Assembly: GCA_965205365.1 (NCBI GenBank)
Contig: CBDBGT010000011.1
Location: 281,268-345,267, forward strand
Length of the DNA: 64,000 nt
Origin: Bdellovibrionales bacterium
Lineage (GTDB): Bacteria; Bdellovibrionota; Bdellovibrionia; Bdellovibrionales; UBA1609
Direction: 5' to 3'
The notes beneath the pieces were generated by a model that had not been told where the DNA came from, did not search any database, and was given only the letters and a program-made list of their open reading frames with translations. Positions 29,211-39,479 of the stretch are shown here, in pieces (position 1 is the stretch's first letter; each line of letters opens with the position of its first letter). A program made the translations under genes and the position numbers.

Positions 29211-29872
29211 CTCTCCTCAAATACTGATTCAGATATTTTATTAATATTTAATGTAATTAAAAATTCATTTAATACTTTCCCTCCAGTTTTTTCAACCTTA
29301 ATATCCTTAAGTACATTAATATCTACAAAGTATTTCTCTCTTTTTAAATTTTTAATAAATAAATCAAGTCCTCTATCTATAAAGGTTTGTCCCTTAATTT
29401 TTAAAATACTCTTAGAAAAGGTAACTTCCATTAGCCATACATCTACAGGAATTGCAGTTTGTATAACATCAAGGCTCTGCACTACAATAAGCCTTTCATC
29501 TTTCATCTCCTGTAACTCTAAATCTATTAACCTTAAAACTTCTTTCTTCTTATTAAGGTTAACATATTTTTTAACTTCTTTTTCTTTTTCAATTTTAATG
29601 TTTTGAACAACTTGAACCTCAGCATTTTTTTCAACTACCTGTTCCTTACCTTGATTGTTTCTTATTCTTTCAAAAAATATTAATGGAACAATAAAACTAA
29701 TTAATAAAAGTAGCTTTAGTACTTGCCCCATTTGAGAGTATTCAAACGTATCAACACTAGTATCAAGATTAAAATCCTCTACTGGAGACGTTTGTGTAGC
29801 TTCTTTTCCAGGTAAAGTATTTTTCTTTGTTTTGACAATAACTCTATTTTTTAAAAGATTAACCTTAAGCAT
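29207..29872 (-). CDS. pilN: pilus assembly protein PilN
   Basis: 221 aa. MLKVNLLKN start typical of PilN, a single TM, and position after pilM. Confidence 0.7.
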   Translation of the reverse strand: MLKVNLLKNRVIVKTKKNTLPGKEATQTSPVEDFNLDTSVDTFEYSQMGQVLKLLLLISFIVPLIFFERIRNNQGKEQVVEKNAEVQVVQNIKIEKEKEVKKYVNLNKKKEVLRLIDLELQEMKDERLIVVQSLDVIQTAIPVDVWLMEVTFSKSILKIKGQTFIDRGLDLFIKNLKREKYFVDINVLKDIKVEKTGGKVLNEFLITLNINKISESVFEES

Positions 29873-30906
29873 TATGAGTCACCTTGCTTTCTAAGTGCCA
29901 AACCTATTGCAACAGCTGATTTGTATTGTAAATCTTTTTCATTAACCTCTTTTAAAACCTTACTTGATGGTGTAACCTTTTGCAAAACATCCATAAATTC
30001 AACTGACTTATTTAAATGTTCTGCTAATAGCTCTAACAACCCTGGAGTAAGGCTTGCACCTCCAGTAAGATAAAATTTTTCCAACACCATCTCCTTAGTT
30101 GTTTGTGTAAAAAATTCTACAACACCAACTAACTGTCTAGAATAGTTTCTTCCAACACTTTTTAAAGTGTCCATTGCAATATCCGGCATAGACTCTCCAG
30201 ATTCTTTAATTTGCAAGGCTTCTTCTTCAGGAATCCCTAAGTTTTTAGAAAGGTCTTCATCAAAGGTTTGACCACCTGTTGGAATATCTCTACAAAAAAC
30301 AACTTCGCCTTTATGCAAAACTACAAAATGCGTAAAAAAAGCACCTATATCGATTAAACCTACCGTACTATCTTTTGCTTGAGGGTAATTAAACATAAAA
30401 CAGTTTGCCAACGCAAAACTTGATACATCAACAATTTGTAATTTTATTTTTAAGTCAGAAATAATATTTACATATTTAAAAATCCTACTCTGCTGAGCAG
30501 CAACCAACAATAAGTCCATAGTATCAGTAGAGTCGTTGTCTTTTAAAACAATATAATCAATATTTACTTCATCTATATTATAAGGAATATATTGTTCAGC
30601 TTCCCACCTTACTTGTTCAGGAAGCACTGCTACATTCATTTTAGGTATTGTAATTTTTTTTACCATAACAAATGAACCGCTTACACCAACTGCGACTTTT
30701 TTTACCTTTATTTTTTTAAATGAAGCTTTTATATAATTGCTAAGTAGACTTTCATTAAGAATTTCACCATTTTTATATACGCTGTTATCTACCTTAATAA
30801 AAGAAATTTTATTTAACTTTGCAGTTTTTCCATGCACAGAAAGTTTACAAGATTTAACAGCCCTATTTCCTATATCTAAACCAAAAAGTTTATTAGATCC
30901 AAACAC
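29872..30906 (-). CDS. pilM: type IV pilus assembly ATPase-like protein PilM
   Basis: 344 aa, actin/FtsA-like fold (GLDIG...; IDIGA...; LTGGAS). Confidence 0.9.
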   Translation of the reverse strand: MFGSNKLFGLDIGNRAVKSCKLSVHGKTAKLNKISFIKVDNSVYKNGEILNESLLSNYIKASFKKIKVKKVAVGVSGSFVMVKKITIPKMNVAVLPEQVRWEAEQYIPYNIDEVNIDYIVLKDNDSTDTMDLLLVAAQQSRIFKYVNIISDLKIKLQIVDVSSFALANCFMFNYPQAKDSTVGLIDIGAFFTHFVVLHKGEVVFCRDIPTGGQTFDEDLSKNLGIPEEEALQIKESGESMPDIAMDTLKSVGRNYSRQLVGVVEFFTQTTKEMVLEKFYLTGGASLTPGLLELLAEHLNKSVEFMDVLQKVTPSSKVLKEVNEKDLQYKSAVAIGLALRKQGDS

Positions 30907-30950
30907 TTATCTATTAGATCTAAATCCAATGAAACTGTCAAAAGAATGTA

Positions 30951-31745
30951 TTAGAACCAAAATTCCACAAGATATGGAAAAAGCTCTTTTAAATTCTGAA
31001 TAAAATAAAAATACAATACCGCTGAAGTTATTAAAAATGGCCCAAAAGGCAATACTGAATTTCTAGACCCTCCCTTAAAGAGTATTAAAAAAATACCGAC
31101 TAAAGTCCCTGTAAACCCTGAAACCCATATAATAAAAGGCACTGCCTTTACACCACCTAAAGCCCCTAACCATGCAATAAGCTTAACATCACCAAAACCC
31201 ATTCCTTCTTTTTTTCTAACTTTTTCATAAAACCAACTTATTAACCAAAATAACCCACCACCTAAAATTAAACCTAAAAAAGAATCCAAAGGTGTTCTTG
31301 TTGTGGACAAAAAACTGCCTAAAAATGCCACAAAAATACCTGAAATAGTAAAAATATCTGGCAAAAGGTAGTGTTTAAAATCTATAAAAAAGCAGGCAAT
31401 AGCCATTGCTAAAAACAAACAATATTCAAAAGTTTGAAAAGTGAAACCAAACTTATAAAAAGTAAATGCAAAAAAAACCCCTGTTAAAAACTCGATTAAA
31501 GGATAACATGGGTTAATCTTATTGCCACAACACTTTGCCCTTCCCTGCAATACAAACCATGAAAAAATAGGAATATTTAAATAAATTGGAATAAAGGTTT
31601 TACAACAGGGACATTTACTACGAGGAGTAACAAAACTCTCACCCTTTGGCCATCTATAAATAACAACATTTAAAAAACTACCTATTATAGATCCTAAAAA
31701 AAAGAATAAGCATAAAAACACCACAGTCTCCAAATCTAAAACCAC
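30951..31745 (-). CDS. pilD: prepilin peptidase / N-methyltransferase (A24 family)
   Basis: 264 aa polytopic protein. Cys cluster CPCC...CC and the catalytic Asp motif GMGFGDVKL. Confidence 0.9.
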   Translation of the reverse strand: MVLDLETVVFLCLFFFLGSIIGSFLNVVIYRWPKGESFVTPRSKCPCCKTFIPIYLNIPIFSWFVLQGRAKCCGNKINPCYPLIEFLTGVFFAFTFYKFGFTFQTFEYCLFLAMAIACFFIDFKHYLLPDIFTISGIFVAFLGSFLSTTRTPLDSFLGLILGGGLFWLISWFYEKVRKKEGMGFGDVKLIAWLGALGGVKAVPFIIWVSGFTGTLVGIFLILFKGGSRNSVLPFGPFLITSAVLYFYFIQNLKELFPYLVEFWF

Positions 31746-31757
31746 TTTAACCCTCTT

Positions 31758-32525
31758 TTAAGAAAAGTCTTTTTTAGAAAAAATAAAATATCCCATTAAA
31801 AAAATAAAAAATATCCAACTAAAGCCATAGGCTAAAGATTTTATATAGCTTATAAAAGGCATCCATTCACCATAAGTTAAATGAGATTTCCAATTAAAGC
31901 TGTCTAAATTAGGAATACATTTTGAAAACACTAAACCTAGAGTCTTAATTGTAACATTAGTAGATTTTTCCATTAAGAATTTAAAAACATCTACCCAGTG
32001 ACCAATTAAAAAAAAAGTAAAGCTTGCACCAATAGCCAATAATGAGGATAAAAAAAGTGAACTCATAAGTGCAAAGCTAAAAAGTACTAATGATTCAACA
32101 TAAATCCCTAAATAAGGAACTAAAGATACAATAGATTCTTTTGTTCCCAACATAAAAGAAATTATAAAAAAAATAAACCACATCACCAATGTTAAAAAAA
32201 GTAGACAGAAAGCAAATGCACAAAATTTTGAAAAATAATACTGAAATCTTGTAATTGGTCTTGTTAAAAAAGAGTGAATTGATTGGCTCTCTATATCGGA
32301 TTTAACAAAATCCACTCCAACTAAAACACTTAAAAATATTAATGCTATTTGAGAGCCTGAGAGTGAAAAATTTATAGCTAACCTTGATTCTTCACTATAG
32401 CTTAGTGGCCCTAAAAGCATACTAAGCAATATAAATGCTAAACCTATTCCCATAGTCAAAAAAAATATTTTTCTATAAACCAAGTCTTTTAAAAAAAACT
32501 TTGACAACAAGAACACTTCATTCAT
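31758..32525 (-). CDS. ABC-2 type transporter permease
   Basis: 255 aa, about 6 TM helices, 2 nt downstream of the ABC ATPase gene. Confidence 0.6.
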   Translation of the reverse strand: MNEVFLLSKFFLKDLVYRKIFFLTMGIGLAFILLSMLLGPLSYSEESRLAINFSLSGSQIALIFLSVLVGVDFVKSDIESQSIHSFLTRPITRFQYYFSKFCAFAFCLLFLTLVMWFIFFIISFMLGTKESIVSLVPYLGIYVESLVLFSFALMSSLFLSSLLAIGASFTFFLIGHWVDVFKFLMEKSTNVTIKTLGLVFSKCIPNLDSFNWKSHLTYGEWMPFISYIKSLAYGFSWIFFIFLMGYFIFSKKDFS

Positions 32526-32527
32526 AC

Positions 32528-33394
32528 TTATGCTCTCCCCTTATGTTCCCTTGTTAGATCAAAATAAAGTGAGCTAATGGCTTTTGATTCAGGCTCTATA
32601 GATTGAAACTCTACTCCGTTTTTAATAAGCTCTTTAAGTTTTTCATTCAACCCTTTTCTTGACACAGAAAAATCTTTTATCATACCACTTTTTTTATACT
32701 TAATTATAAAATTATTTGGCTTAAAGACTGACCTTGGATCTCCTGAAAACAAAAGTTCTCCCCTGTTAATAACAACTAAATTGTTACAAATACGCTGAAG
32801 ATCTTCTAACAAATGACTACTTAAAATTACTGTTTTCCCAGGTTTTTTTGAATACCCCATAATCACTTGAATCAACACCTCTCTTCCATCAGGATCTAGC
32901 CCTGAAAGAGGTTCATCTAAAATCAAAAGTTTTGGATCAGGTAACAAGGCTTGTGCAATAGCAAGCCTTTGCCTCATGCCTTTTGAATAAGTTCCAAATG
33001 CCCTTACTATAGCACGGTTAAGCCCTACCAAGTTTATAACTTCATCTACTCTATTTAAAGTCTCTTTTGTTAAACCTCCATGAAACTTTAAAATCTCCAT
33101 TCCAGTAAATTTTTTTGGATAACTTGGTTTTTCAGAAACAAAACCCACATTGTTTTTAACTTTGGAAAAAGGTTTTCCATCAAAAAATGTAACCTCTCCA
33201 GTGGTTGGCGTTATAAGCTGTGTAGCAATTTTAAAAAATGTAGATTTTCCAGAACCATTAGGTCCTAAAAACCCTGTTACAGTTTCTTCAGGAATAGAAA
33301 AAGAAATATTTTTTAATGCCTCCAAAGACTTTAATATGAGACCCTTTTTAAATGTTTTAGATACATTTACACAGTCTATTGCTTTACTATTCAT
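32528..33394 (-). CDS. ABC transporter ATP-binding protein
   Basis: Walker [10 protein letters not shown], signature LSGLDP-type motif and Walker B LLILDEP. Confidence 0.9.
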   Translation of the reverse strand: MNSKAIDCVNVSKTFKKGLILKSLEALKNISFSIPEETVTGFLGPNGSGKSTFFKIATQLITPTTGEVTFFDGKPFSKVKNNVGFVSEKPSYPKKFTGMEILKFHGGLTKETLNRVDEVINLVGLNRAIVRAFGTYSKGMRQRLAIAQALLPDPKLLILDEPLSGLDPDGREVLIQVIMGYSKKPGKTVILSSHLLEDLQRICNNLVVINRGELLFSGDPRSVFKPNNFIIKYKKSGMIKDFSVSRKGLNEKLKELIKNGVEFQSIEPESKAISSLYFDLTREHKGRA

Positions 33395-36300
33395 ATAGAT
33401 AATGTTAATGCCTCCACATCAACATTACCAGTCATATTCTGCCTTAAGGCTAGAATGTACGCTTTTGCAGCTTCACTTTCTGTAATACACGGTATGGAAA
33501 AATCCAAGCAACTCCTACGTATACTGTAACTAGCCTCAATGGCTTGCTTTCCAGAAGTGGTATTGACAACAAGATCTATTTTTCCAGAACGAATTTTATC
33601 CACGCAGTGAGGACGCCCTTCTAAAACTTTATTTACTAAAACACAGTCCACCCCTTGTTCAGTTAGAAACTTCGCAGTTCCACTTGTGGCTGAAATTTTA
33701 AACCCCATTTCTTTAAACTCTTTAATAAAGGGCAAAAGTTTTACTTTATCCTTATCTCTTAGAGATAAAAATATTTCTCCTGATGTAGGGATTTTAATAT
33801 TTGTACCTTGAAAAGCTTTTAAAAGAGCATTTGAATATGTTTTTCCTCTTCCCATTGACTCTCCTGTAGACTTCATTTCAGGACCTAAAAGAGAATCGGA
33901 TTCAGGAAACTTATTAAAAGGAAAAACCACACCTTTAACAAAAACATTTTTCACCTCAAACCAATTAAATACCTTTAAATCTTGAGGACATGATTTTTTA
34001 AGCATTGCAAGAACACCATAATCTACCAAAGGCAGACCTAAAGCTTTTGCTATAAATGGAATTGTCCTTGAAGCCCTTGGATTTGCTTCAATAATATAAA
34101 TTTCATCATCTTTAATTGCTATTTGAACATTTAAAAACCCTAAAACACCCATTTGTTGAGCTAATTTTATACAAATTTTTTCAATTTTTTTCTTTGTATT
34201 TACACGAAGTCTTTGTGGAGGAAAAACACCCATACTGTCTCCAGAGTGAACTCCTGCAACCTCAATATGCTCAACAATACCTCCCACGAAGGTAAAATCT
34301 TTAAAGCAAATCAAATCTACATCTGCCTCTAAAGCTCCTTCAAGAAACTGATCCACAAAACATGGATTTTTTTTACCAAAAATCTTTAAATGAGTTTTAA
34401 AGTATTTTTCAAGACCCCATTTAGTTTCAATAACTTCCATTCTTTGGCCTCCAATAACATAACTCGGTCTACAAATTATAGGAAAACCAACTTTATTTAT
34501 AAATTCTTGTGCTTCATCTCCACTACTCACCATTGTGGAACTTGGAACCCTAGCACCTACCTTTTTACAAACTTTTGAAAATTGATACCTATCCTCAGCC
34601 ATATCAATAATAGACAACGGTGTTCCTAAAAGTTTAAACCCAGATTCTTCAATTGCTTTTGCTAAATGAATTGGTGTTTGACCACCAAACTGACATAAAA
34701 CTCCAGATGGCTTAAGTTTTTTCAATATATTTAAAACACTCTCTTCATCTAAGGGCTCAAAAAACAAAATATCTGATGTGTCATAATCTGTTGAAACAGT
34801 TTCAGGATTTGAGTTAATCATTACAACTCTATACCCAAGCTCTTTTAATTTTTTAACAGCTCTTACACAACAATAATCAAACTCAATCCCTTGACCAATT
34901 CTATTAGGACCACTTCCAATGACTACGTAGGTCTTCTCACTGTGTTGATCTAGTTTATTTAAAGAACATTCTTTTGTCCAATAAGTTGAATAAAAATATG
35001 GTGTATTCGACTCAAACTCACCAGCACATGTATCTACTTGCAAATAAGCAGGTTTAAAGTTTTTTGACACTTCTGATATTGTTTCTCCACTTAAATAACT
35101 AATCTGCTCATGGTTTAAACCAAACCTTTTAGCTTGTAGGTAGTTTTCTAAAACATTTTTTTTTAAACATTTAGATAAATTTATAATTTCTAAAATTTGT
35201 TCAATAAACCAAGGACTTATCATAGACCAAGAAGAAATTTCTTTAACACTTACACCGCTTTGTAAGGCTTTTACAATATGAATTATTCTTTGGCTGTTAG
35301 GATATGTAATCTTATCCTTAGAGTATGTCTCTAGCTTCCCAAACAAAGCCTTTGACTCCATTGATCTAAAAGCCTTAACAAAAGACTCTTTAAACGTTCT
35401 ACCAATCCCCATAACCTGCCCAACAGATTTCATCTGTGTAGAGAGCAAATCTTTAGAGCCTAAGAACTTTTCAAACGCAAATTTTGGAATTTTAGTAACA
35501 ACATAATCTAATGCCGGTTCATAACAAGAAGGCGTTGTTTTAGTAATATCATTTGTTAAGTTCTCTAAAGTTTCTCCAACAGCCACAAGAGCTGCTATTT
35601 TTGCAATTGGAAATCCAGTTGCTTTACTAGCTAGAGCAGATGATCTACTTACACGAGGGTTCATTTCAATTACAACTCTATGACCATTTTTAGGATTTAC
35701 AGCAAACTGAACATTGGCTCCACCTGTTTTAACCCCCACAGCTTCAACAATCCTACGAGTTTCATCACGCATCTCTTGATATTCACTATCAGATAAAGTC
35801 TGTTGTGGAGTAACAGTAATACTGTCTCCAGTATGAACCCCACAAGGGTCAATATTTTCAATTGAACATATAATTACAAAAGTTCCTTTACGGTCTCTCA
35901 TGATTTCTAACTCAAACTCTTTCCACCCTAAAAGACTTTGTTCCACTAAGACTTCCGATGTAGGACTCTCATGTAAACCTTTTGTAAGCTTCTCTCTATA
36001 CTCCTCTAAAGAATAACAAACACCACCTCCTCCTCCACCAAGTGTGAAATTTGGCCTAAGAATTACTGGAAACTCTAAATTTTTAATGTCCTTTAAACCT
36101 TGTTCAAAAGTTTTTACCATAAAACTTTTAGCATAAGAAGCCCCAATCTCATGAAGAATTCTATTAAAAAGCTCTCTATTTTCAGCTTTATTAATCACTT
36201 CAGAATCAGCACCTAGAAGTTGAATATTGTATTCTTCAAGTATTCCTCTAGTTTTTAACTCTAAAGCAAGATTTAATGCCGTCTGTCCTCCAAGGGTAGG

Positions 36301-36558
36301 AATTATCTTTGTAGGTCTTTCCTTTTTAATAACCTCTCTAACATACTCTATTGTCAGTGGCTCAATATAAACTTTATCTGCAATATCAGGGTCTGTCATA
36401 ATTGTTGCAGGATTTGAATTGATCAAAACAACTGTATAACCACGGTCTTTTAATGCTTTACAAGCCTGTGTACCTGAGTAATCGAATTCACAAGCCTGTC
36501 CAATCTTAATAGGACCACTGCCTAAAATTAAGATTTTTTCTTTTTTTGGATCTAACAT
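33391..36558 (-). CDS. carB: carbamoyl-phosphate synthase large subunit
   Basis: 1055 aa. Duplicated ATP-grasp halves ([21 protein letters not shown] and [18 protein letters not shown]) and a C-terminal MGS-like domain. Confidence 0.97.
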   Translation of the reverse strand: MLDPKKEKILILGSGPIKIGQACEFDYSGTQACKALKDRGYTVVLINSNPATIMTDPDIADKVYIEPLTIEYVREVIKKERPTKIIPTLGGQTALNLALELKTRGILEEYNIQLLGADSEVINKAENRELFNRILHEIGASYAKSFMVKTFEQGLKDIKNLEFPVILRPNFTLGGGGGGVCYSLEEYREKLTKGLHESPTSEVLVEQSLLGWKEFELEIMRDRKGTFVIICSIENIDPCGVHTGDSITVTPQQTLSDSEYQEMRDETRRIVEAVGVKTGGANVQFAVNPKNGHRVVIEMNPRVSRSSALASKATGFPIAKIAALVAVGETLENLTNDITKTTPSCYEPALDYVVTKIPKFAFEKFLGSKDLLSTQMKSVGQVMGIGRTFKESFVKAFRSMESKALFGKLETYSKDKITYPNSQRIIHIVKALQSGVSVKEISSWSMISPWFIEQILEIINLSKCLKKNVLENYLQAKRFGLNHEQISYLSGETISEVSKNFKPAYLQVDTCAGEFESNTPYFYSTYWTKECSLNKLDQHSEKTYVVIGSGPNRIGQGIEFDYCCVRAVKKLKELGYRVVMINSNPETVSTDYDTSDILFFEPLDEESVLNILKKLKPSGVLCQFGGQTPIHLAKAIEESGFKLLGTPLSIIDMAEDRYQFSKVCKKVGARVPSSTMVSSGDEAQEFINKVGFPIICRPSYVIGGQRMEVIETKWGLEKYFKTHLKIFGKKNPCFVDQFLEGALEADVDLICFKDFTFVGGIVEHIEVAGVHSGDSMGVFPPQRLRVNTKKKIEKICIKLAQQMGVLGFLNVQIAIKDDEIYIIEANPRASRTIPFIAKALGLPLVDYGVLAMLKKSCPQDLKVFNWFEVKNVFVKGVVFPFNKFPESDSLLGPEMKSTGESMGRGKTYSNALLKAFQGTNIKIPTSGEIFLSLRDKDKVKLLPFIKEFKEMGFKISATSGTAKFLTEQGVDCVLVNKVLEGRPHCVDKIRSGKIDLVVNTTSGKQAIEASYSIRRSCLDFSIPCITESEAAKAYILALRQNMTGNVDVEALTLSI

Positions 36559-36583
36559 AAGACTCCCTGTTCTCTTTTATTTA

Positions 36584-37267
36584 TCATTGACTTATTTTCT
36601 CAAACAACAATGATTTATCTGAATAAATTTCCTTAATCTCTAGCTGTCTATACTTAAAAAACTGGTATCTCATTCCAATAAGCCTTTTAAAAAGATCTTC
36701 TTTTAAAATACCTTTCCCTCTTTTTACTTCTTTAAGTTTTCCTCTAATGTATTTTAAACTCTCAATGGGATGAACCAATATACTTAAACCAAACTCGTAT
36801 AACCCACCACTTTTATAGTACAAAGAAGTTTGTATACAACCTCCTGATTCCATACTTAAAGCTATAGCTGCATTTTTTACTTTATAAACAACATTGCTAG
36901 CTATATCTTTAAGAACAATCTCATCTCCTTTAATTTTTTTAACTAGAAATAAAGAAAAAATTCCTGATAAAAGATAATCATAATATTCACTAAATCCTTT
37001 TTCTTCTTTTATTTTTTTTAGATTAGCAAACTGAACACCTCCATAAAAAAATAAAAACCAATTTCTAAAATCATCAAGTTTTAATTCAAAATATTCATGC
37101 TCTTCATCAAATTGCCCTGTAAGTTTAATAAAGTTAGTTTTAGCTAACTCAACATCTTCAGGATACATTTCTTGAAAAAATAAAAAAACTTTATTTAAAG
37201 TATGGTGAAGATTATACTCTGAATCTTTCAAAGCTACGGCTTTTGATTTAAAAAAACTAAACCCCAT
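36584..37267 (-). CDS. hypothetical protein inserted between carA and carB
   Basis: 227 aa, cytoplasmic-looking, no recognisable motif. Its start overlaps the carA stop by 11 nt. Confidence 0.4.
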   Translation of the reverse strand: MGFSFFKSKAVALKDSEYNLHHTLNKVFLFFQEMYPEDVELAKTNFIKLTGQFDEEHEYFELKLDDFRNWFLFFYGGVQFANLKKIKEEKGFSEYYDYLLSGIFSLFLVKKIKGDEIVLKDIASNVVYKVKNAAIALSMESGGCIQTSLYYKSGGLYEFGLSILVHPIESLKYIRGKLKEVKRGKGILKEDLFKRLIGMRYQFFKYRQLEIKEIYSDKSLLFEKISQ

Positions 37268-38405
37268 TTAAAACTTCATCTCCTAAAAAAGACTTCTTCA
37301 ACACACTCTTACTAATTAACTGAATAAAATCATCAAATAAATATACTGCTTCATGTGGCCCTGGACAACTTTCCGGGTGAAACTGTACTGAAAAACACTC
37401 CTTAGATGAATCTCTAATTCCTGCAACTGTACTGTCATTTAAGTTTATATGAGTCACTTGAACACCACCTAAAATATCTTCTTTTTTTAAAGCGTAGCCA
37501 TGGTTTTGAGCACTCATATAAACAAAATCCTTATTTAAATCGTGAATGGGATGATTCATACCTCGATGCCCAAACTTAAGCTTAAAAGTTGAAATACCTA
37601 AAGCTCTTCCTAAAAGCTGATGCCCCATACAAATCCCCATAATCGGAATTTTGCCCAATAGTTTTTTAATCTGAACAACAGGCTCTTTAACTAAACTCGG
37701 ATCACCAGGGCCATTAGAAAGTAAAAGACCTTTTACTTTTGATGCCAAAACATCAGCAGCATCTATTGATGATGGAAATATAGTGATTTTTGAAGTTCTT
37801 TTTAAAAGCTCTCTTAAAATATTTTTCTTGTATCCAAAATCTAAAAGACCTAAGTGAGGTCCTTTTAAATTCTCTCCCCTAAATTCCTGATTTTTTTTAA
37901 TTGAAACTATTTTTGTCCAATCTTTATTGATAAATTTTTCCTTTTCTAATGCTATTGCCGCCTTTGCAGACTCAATATCCATAGTGCTAAAAACCCCACC
38001 CCAGACACAACCTCTATCCCTTAAATAAAGCGTAAGTTTTCTTGTGTCTACTTGTGAAAGAACGGGAACACCCTTTTTTGAAAGTCTATTAAGCCAAGAA
38101 GAGTCTCTCTTTGAGTTCTGTATTTCTAAGCATAAAAACCCACTAATATTGATTTTATCAGATTCCCATACATCGTCTGACACACCATAGTTTCCTTGCA
38201 TGGGTGCCGTAGTGACAAGAATCTGTTTAAAGTAACTAGGATCTGTGGCCATCTCCTCATAACCTGAATGAGATGTGTTAAACACCACTTCACCAATGTC
38301 AAAAGAGTCATTAAGATGAACACCTTTAAAAACACTGCCATCTTCTAAAATTAAAAAACCTTTTTTCCCCACTATAATTCCTTTCCTATTTAAGAAAGCA
38401 TACAA
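37257..38405 (-). CDS. carA: carbamoyl-phosphate synthase small subunit (glutaminase)
   Basis: LILEDGSVFKG..., GICMGHQLL catalytic Cys and the FHPE motif. Confidence 0.95.
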   Translation of the reverse strand: MYAFLNRKGIIVGKKGFLILEDGSVFKGVHLNDSFDIGEVVFNTSHSGYEEMATDPSYFKQILVTTAPMQGNYGVSDDVWESDKINISGFLCLEIQNSKRDSSWLNRLSKKGVPVLSQVDTRKLTLYLRDRGCVWGGVFSTMDIESAKAAIALEKEKFINKDWTKIVSIKKNQEFRGENLKGPHLGLLDFGYKKNILRELLKRTSKITIFPSSIDAADVLASKVKGLLLSNGPGDPSLVKEPVVQIKKLLGKIPIMGICMGHQLLGRALGISTFKLKFGHRGMNHPIHDLNKDFVYMSAQNHGYALKKEDILGGVQVTHINLNDSTVAGIRDSSKECFSVQFHPESCPGPHEAVYLFDDFIQLISKSVLKKSFLGDEVLNGV

Positions 38406-39277
38406 CTCAACAAAGCTGCTCTACAATAAACACCATTAGATTTTTGTTTAAAAATTAAGCTCCTTGAATCTTTTACTAATGATGACTCTATATCTTTATC
38501 TCGTATAAAAGGCCCTGGATGCATAATGGCTTGATTAGCAGATAGCTCTATACTTTTTAAAGGAGAAAAAGCTTTTAAATCATTAAGCCCACTCTCTATA
38601 TGTCGTTCTTTTTGAACCCTAAGGGGCATCACCACATCTGCCCACGAAATAGCTAAAGCTCTATTAGAAAAAACCCTTGCTCCACCCAGATTAGAAACCT
38701 CCTCTTTAGAAATTTCATAACCTTTAAATGCTAATAAGCCTACTTCATAACCAAAAATTTTAGCAAATCTAATATGAGATCTGACAACTCTTGAGTGTTT
38801 TAAATCACCCATAATAAGAACTTTTTTAACATCAAGGTTCCAATCAGTAGTCCATGTAAAATAATCTAATAAAGCTTGTGTTGGATGGGCTTGAGAGCCA
38901 AATCCAGCATTTATAAAAGACACCTTTGATTTAAGTGCTATTTCTTTTAAACTATTTTCTAAACCCCATCTCATAACTATAAGATCAAAGCCTAATTGAA
39001 TATAAAGGTCTAAAGTATCCTCATTGGTTTCACCTTTTATAAGGCTAGTAGACTCATCAACAACAGAAGTCATAAAAGAAATACCTAGATCTAAACAAGC
39101 TTTTTCAAAACTCCACCTTGTTCTCGAACTTGGTTCAAAAAACAAAAGCCCTATACGTTTATTTTTTAAAACTTTAGAGGGTTTAAAATCACCTTTTTTA
39201 ATGGAATGAGCTGTAGATATTACTTTTTTCCAAAATTCAGAAGGCTGGTCAAAGACCGTAAAAAGACTTTTAGACAT
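38390..39277 (-). CDS. pyrB: aspartate carbamoyltransferase catalytic subunit
   Basis: FFEPSSRTRWSFE, HPTQALLD, and HPGP near the C-terminus. Confidence 0.9.
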   Translation of the reverse strand: MSKSLFTVFDQPSEFWKKVISTAHSIKKGDFKPSKVLKNKRIGLLFFEPSSRTRWSFEKACLDLGISFMTSVVDESTSLIKGETNEDTLDLYIQLGFDLIVMRWGLENSLKEIALKSKVSFINAGFGSQAHPTQALLDYFTWTTDWNLDVKKVLIMGDLKHSRVVRSHIRFAKIFGYEVGLLAFKGYEISKEEVSNLGGARVFSNRALAISWADVVMPLRVQKERHIESGLNDLKAFSPLKSIELSANQAIMHPGPFIRDKDIESSLVKDSRSLIFKQKSNGVYCRAALLSCMLS

Positions 39278-39479
39278 TAAAAATAAGTTATAGAAACCAA
39301 CACCTCTAGGGTCAATCTAAGTTTATTGGAAATAAAATTTAAATATTATGTTTCAATTTATACTGAACAACTCACCTTTCTCATATCTTAATCAAGTTAT
39401 GGTGAATAGACACAAGAACTTAAACTTTCATACATATCAAACAAACAGTCTAGATTTAGTCTAAGGGTTTATATAATGT

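Noticed and set aside
39290-39330. CCCTAGAGGTG on the minus strand upstream of pyrB, vaguely like a PyrR-binding loop (UCCAGAGAGG).
   Set aside because: The match is poor, no anti-terminator/terminator alternative is evident, and there is no pyrR in the window.
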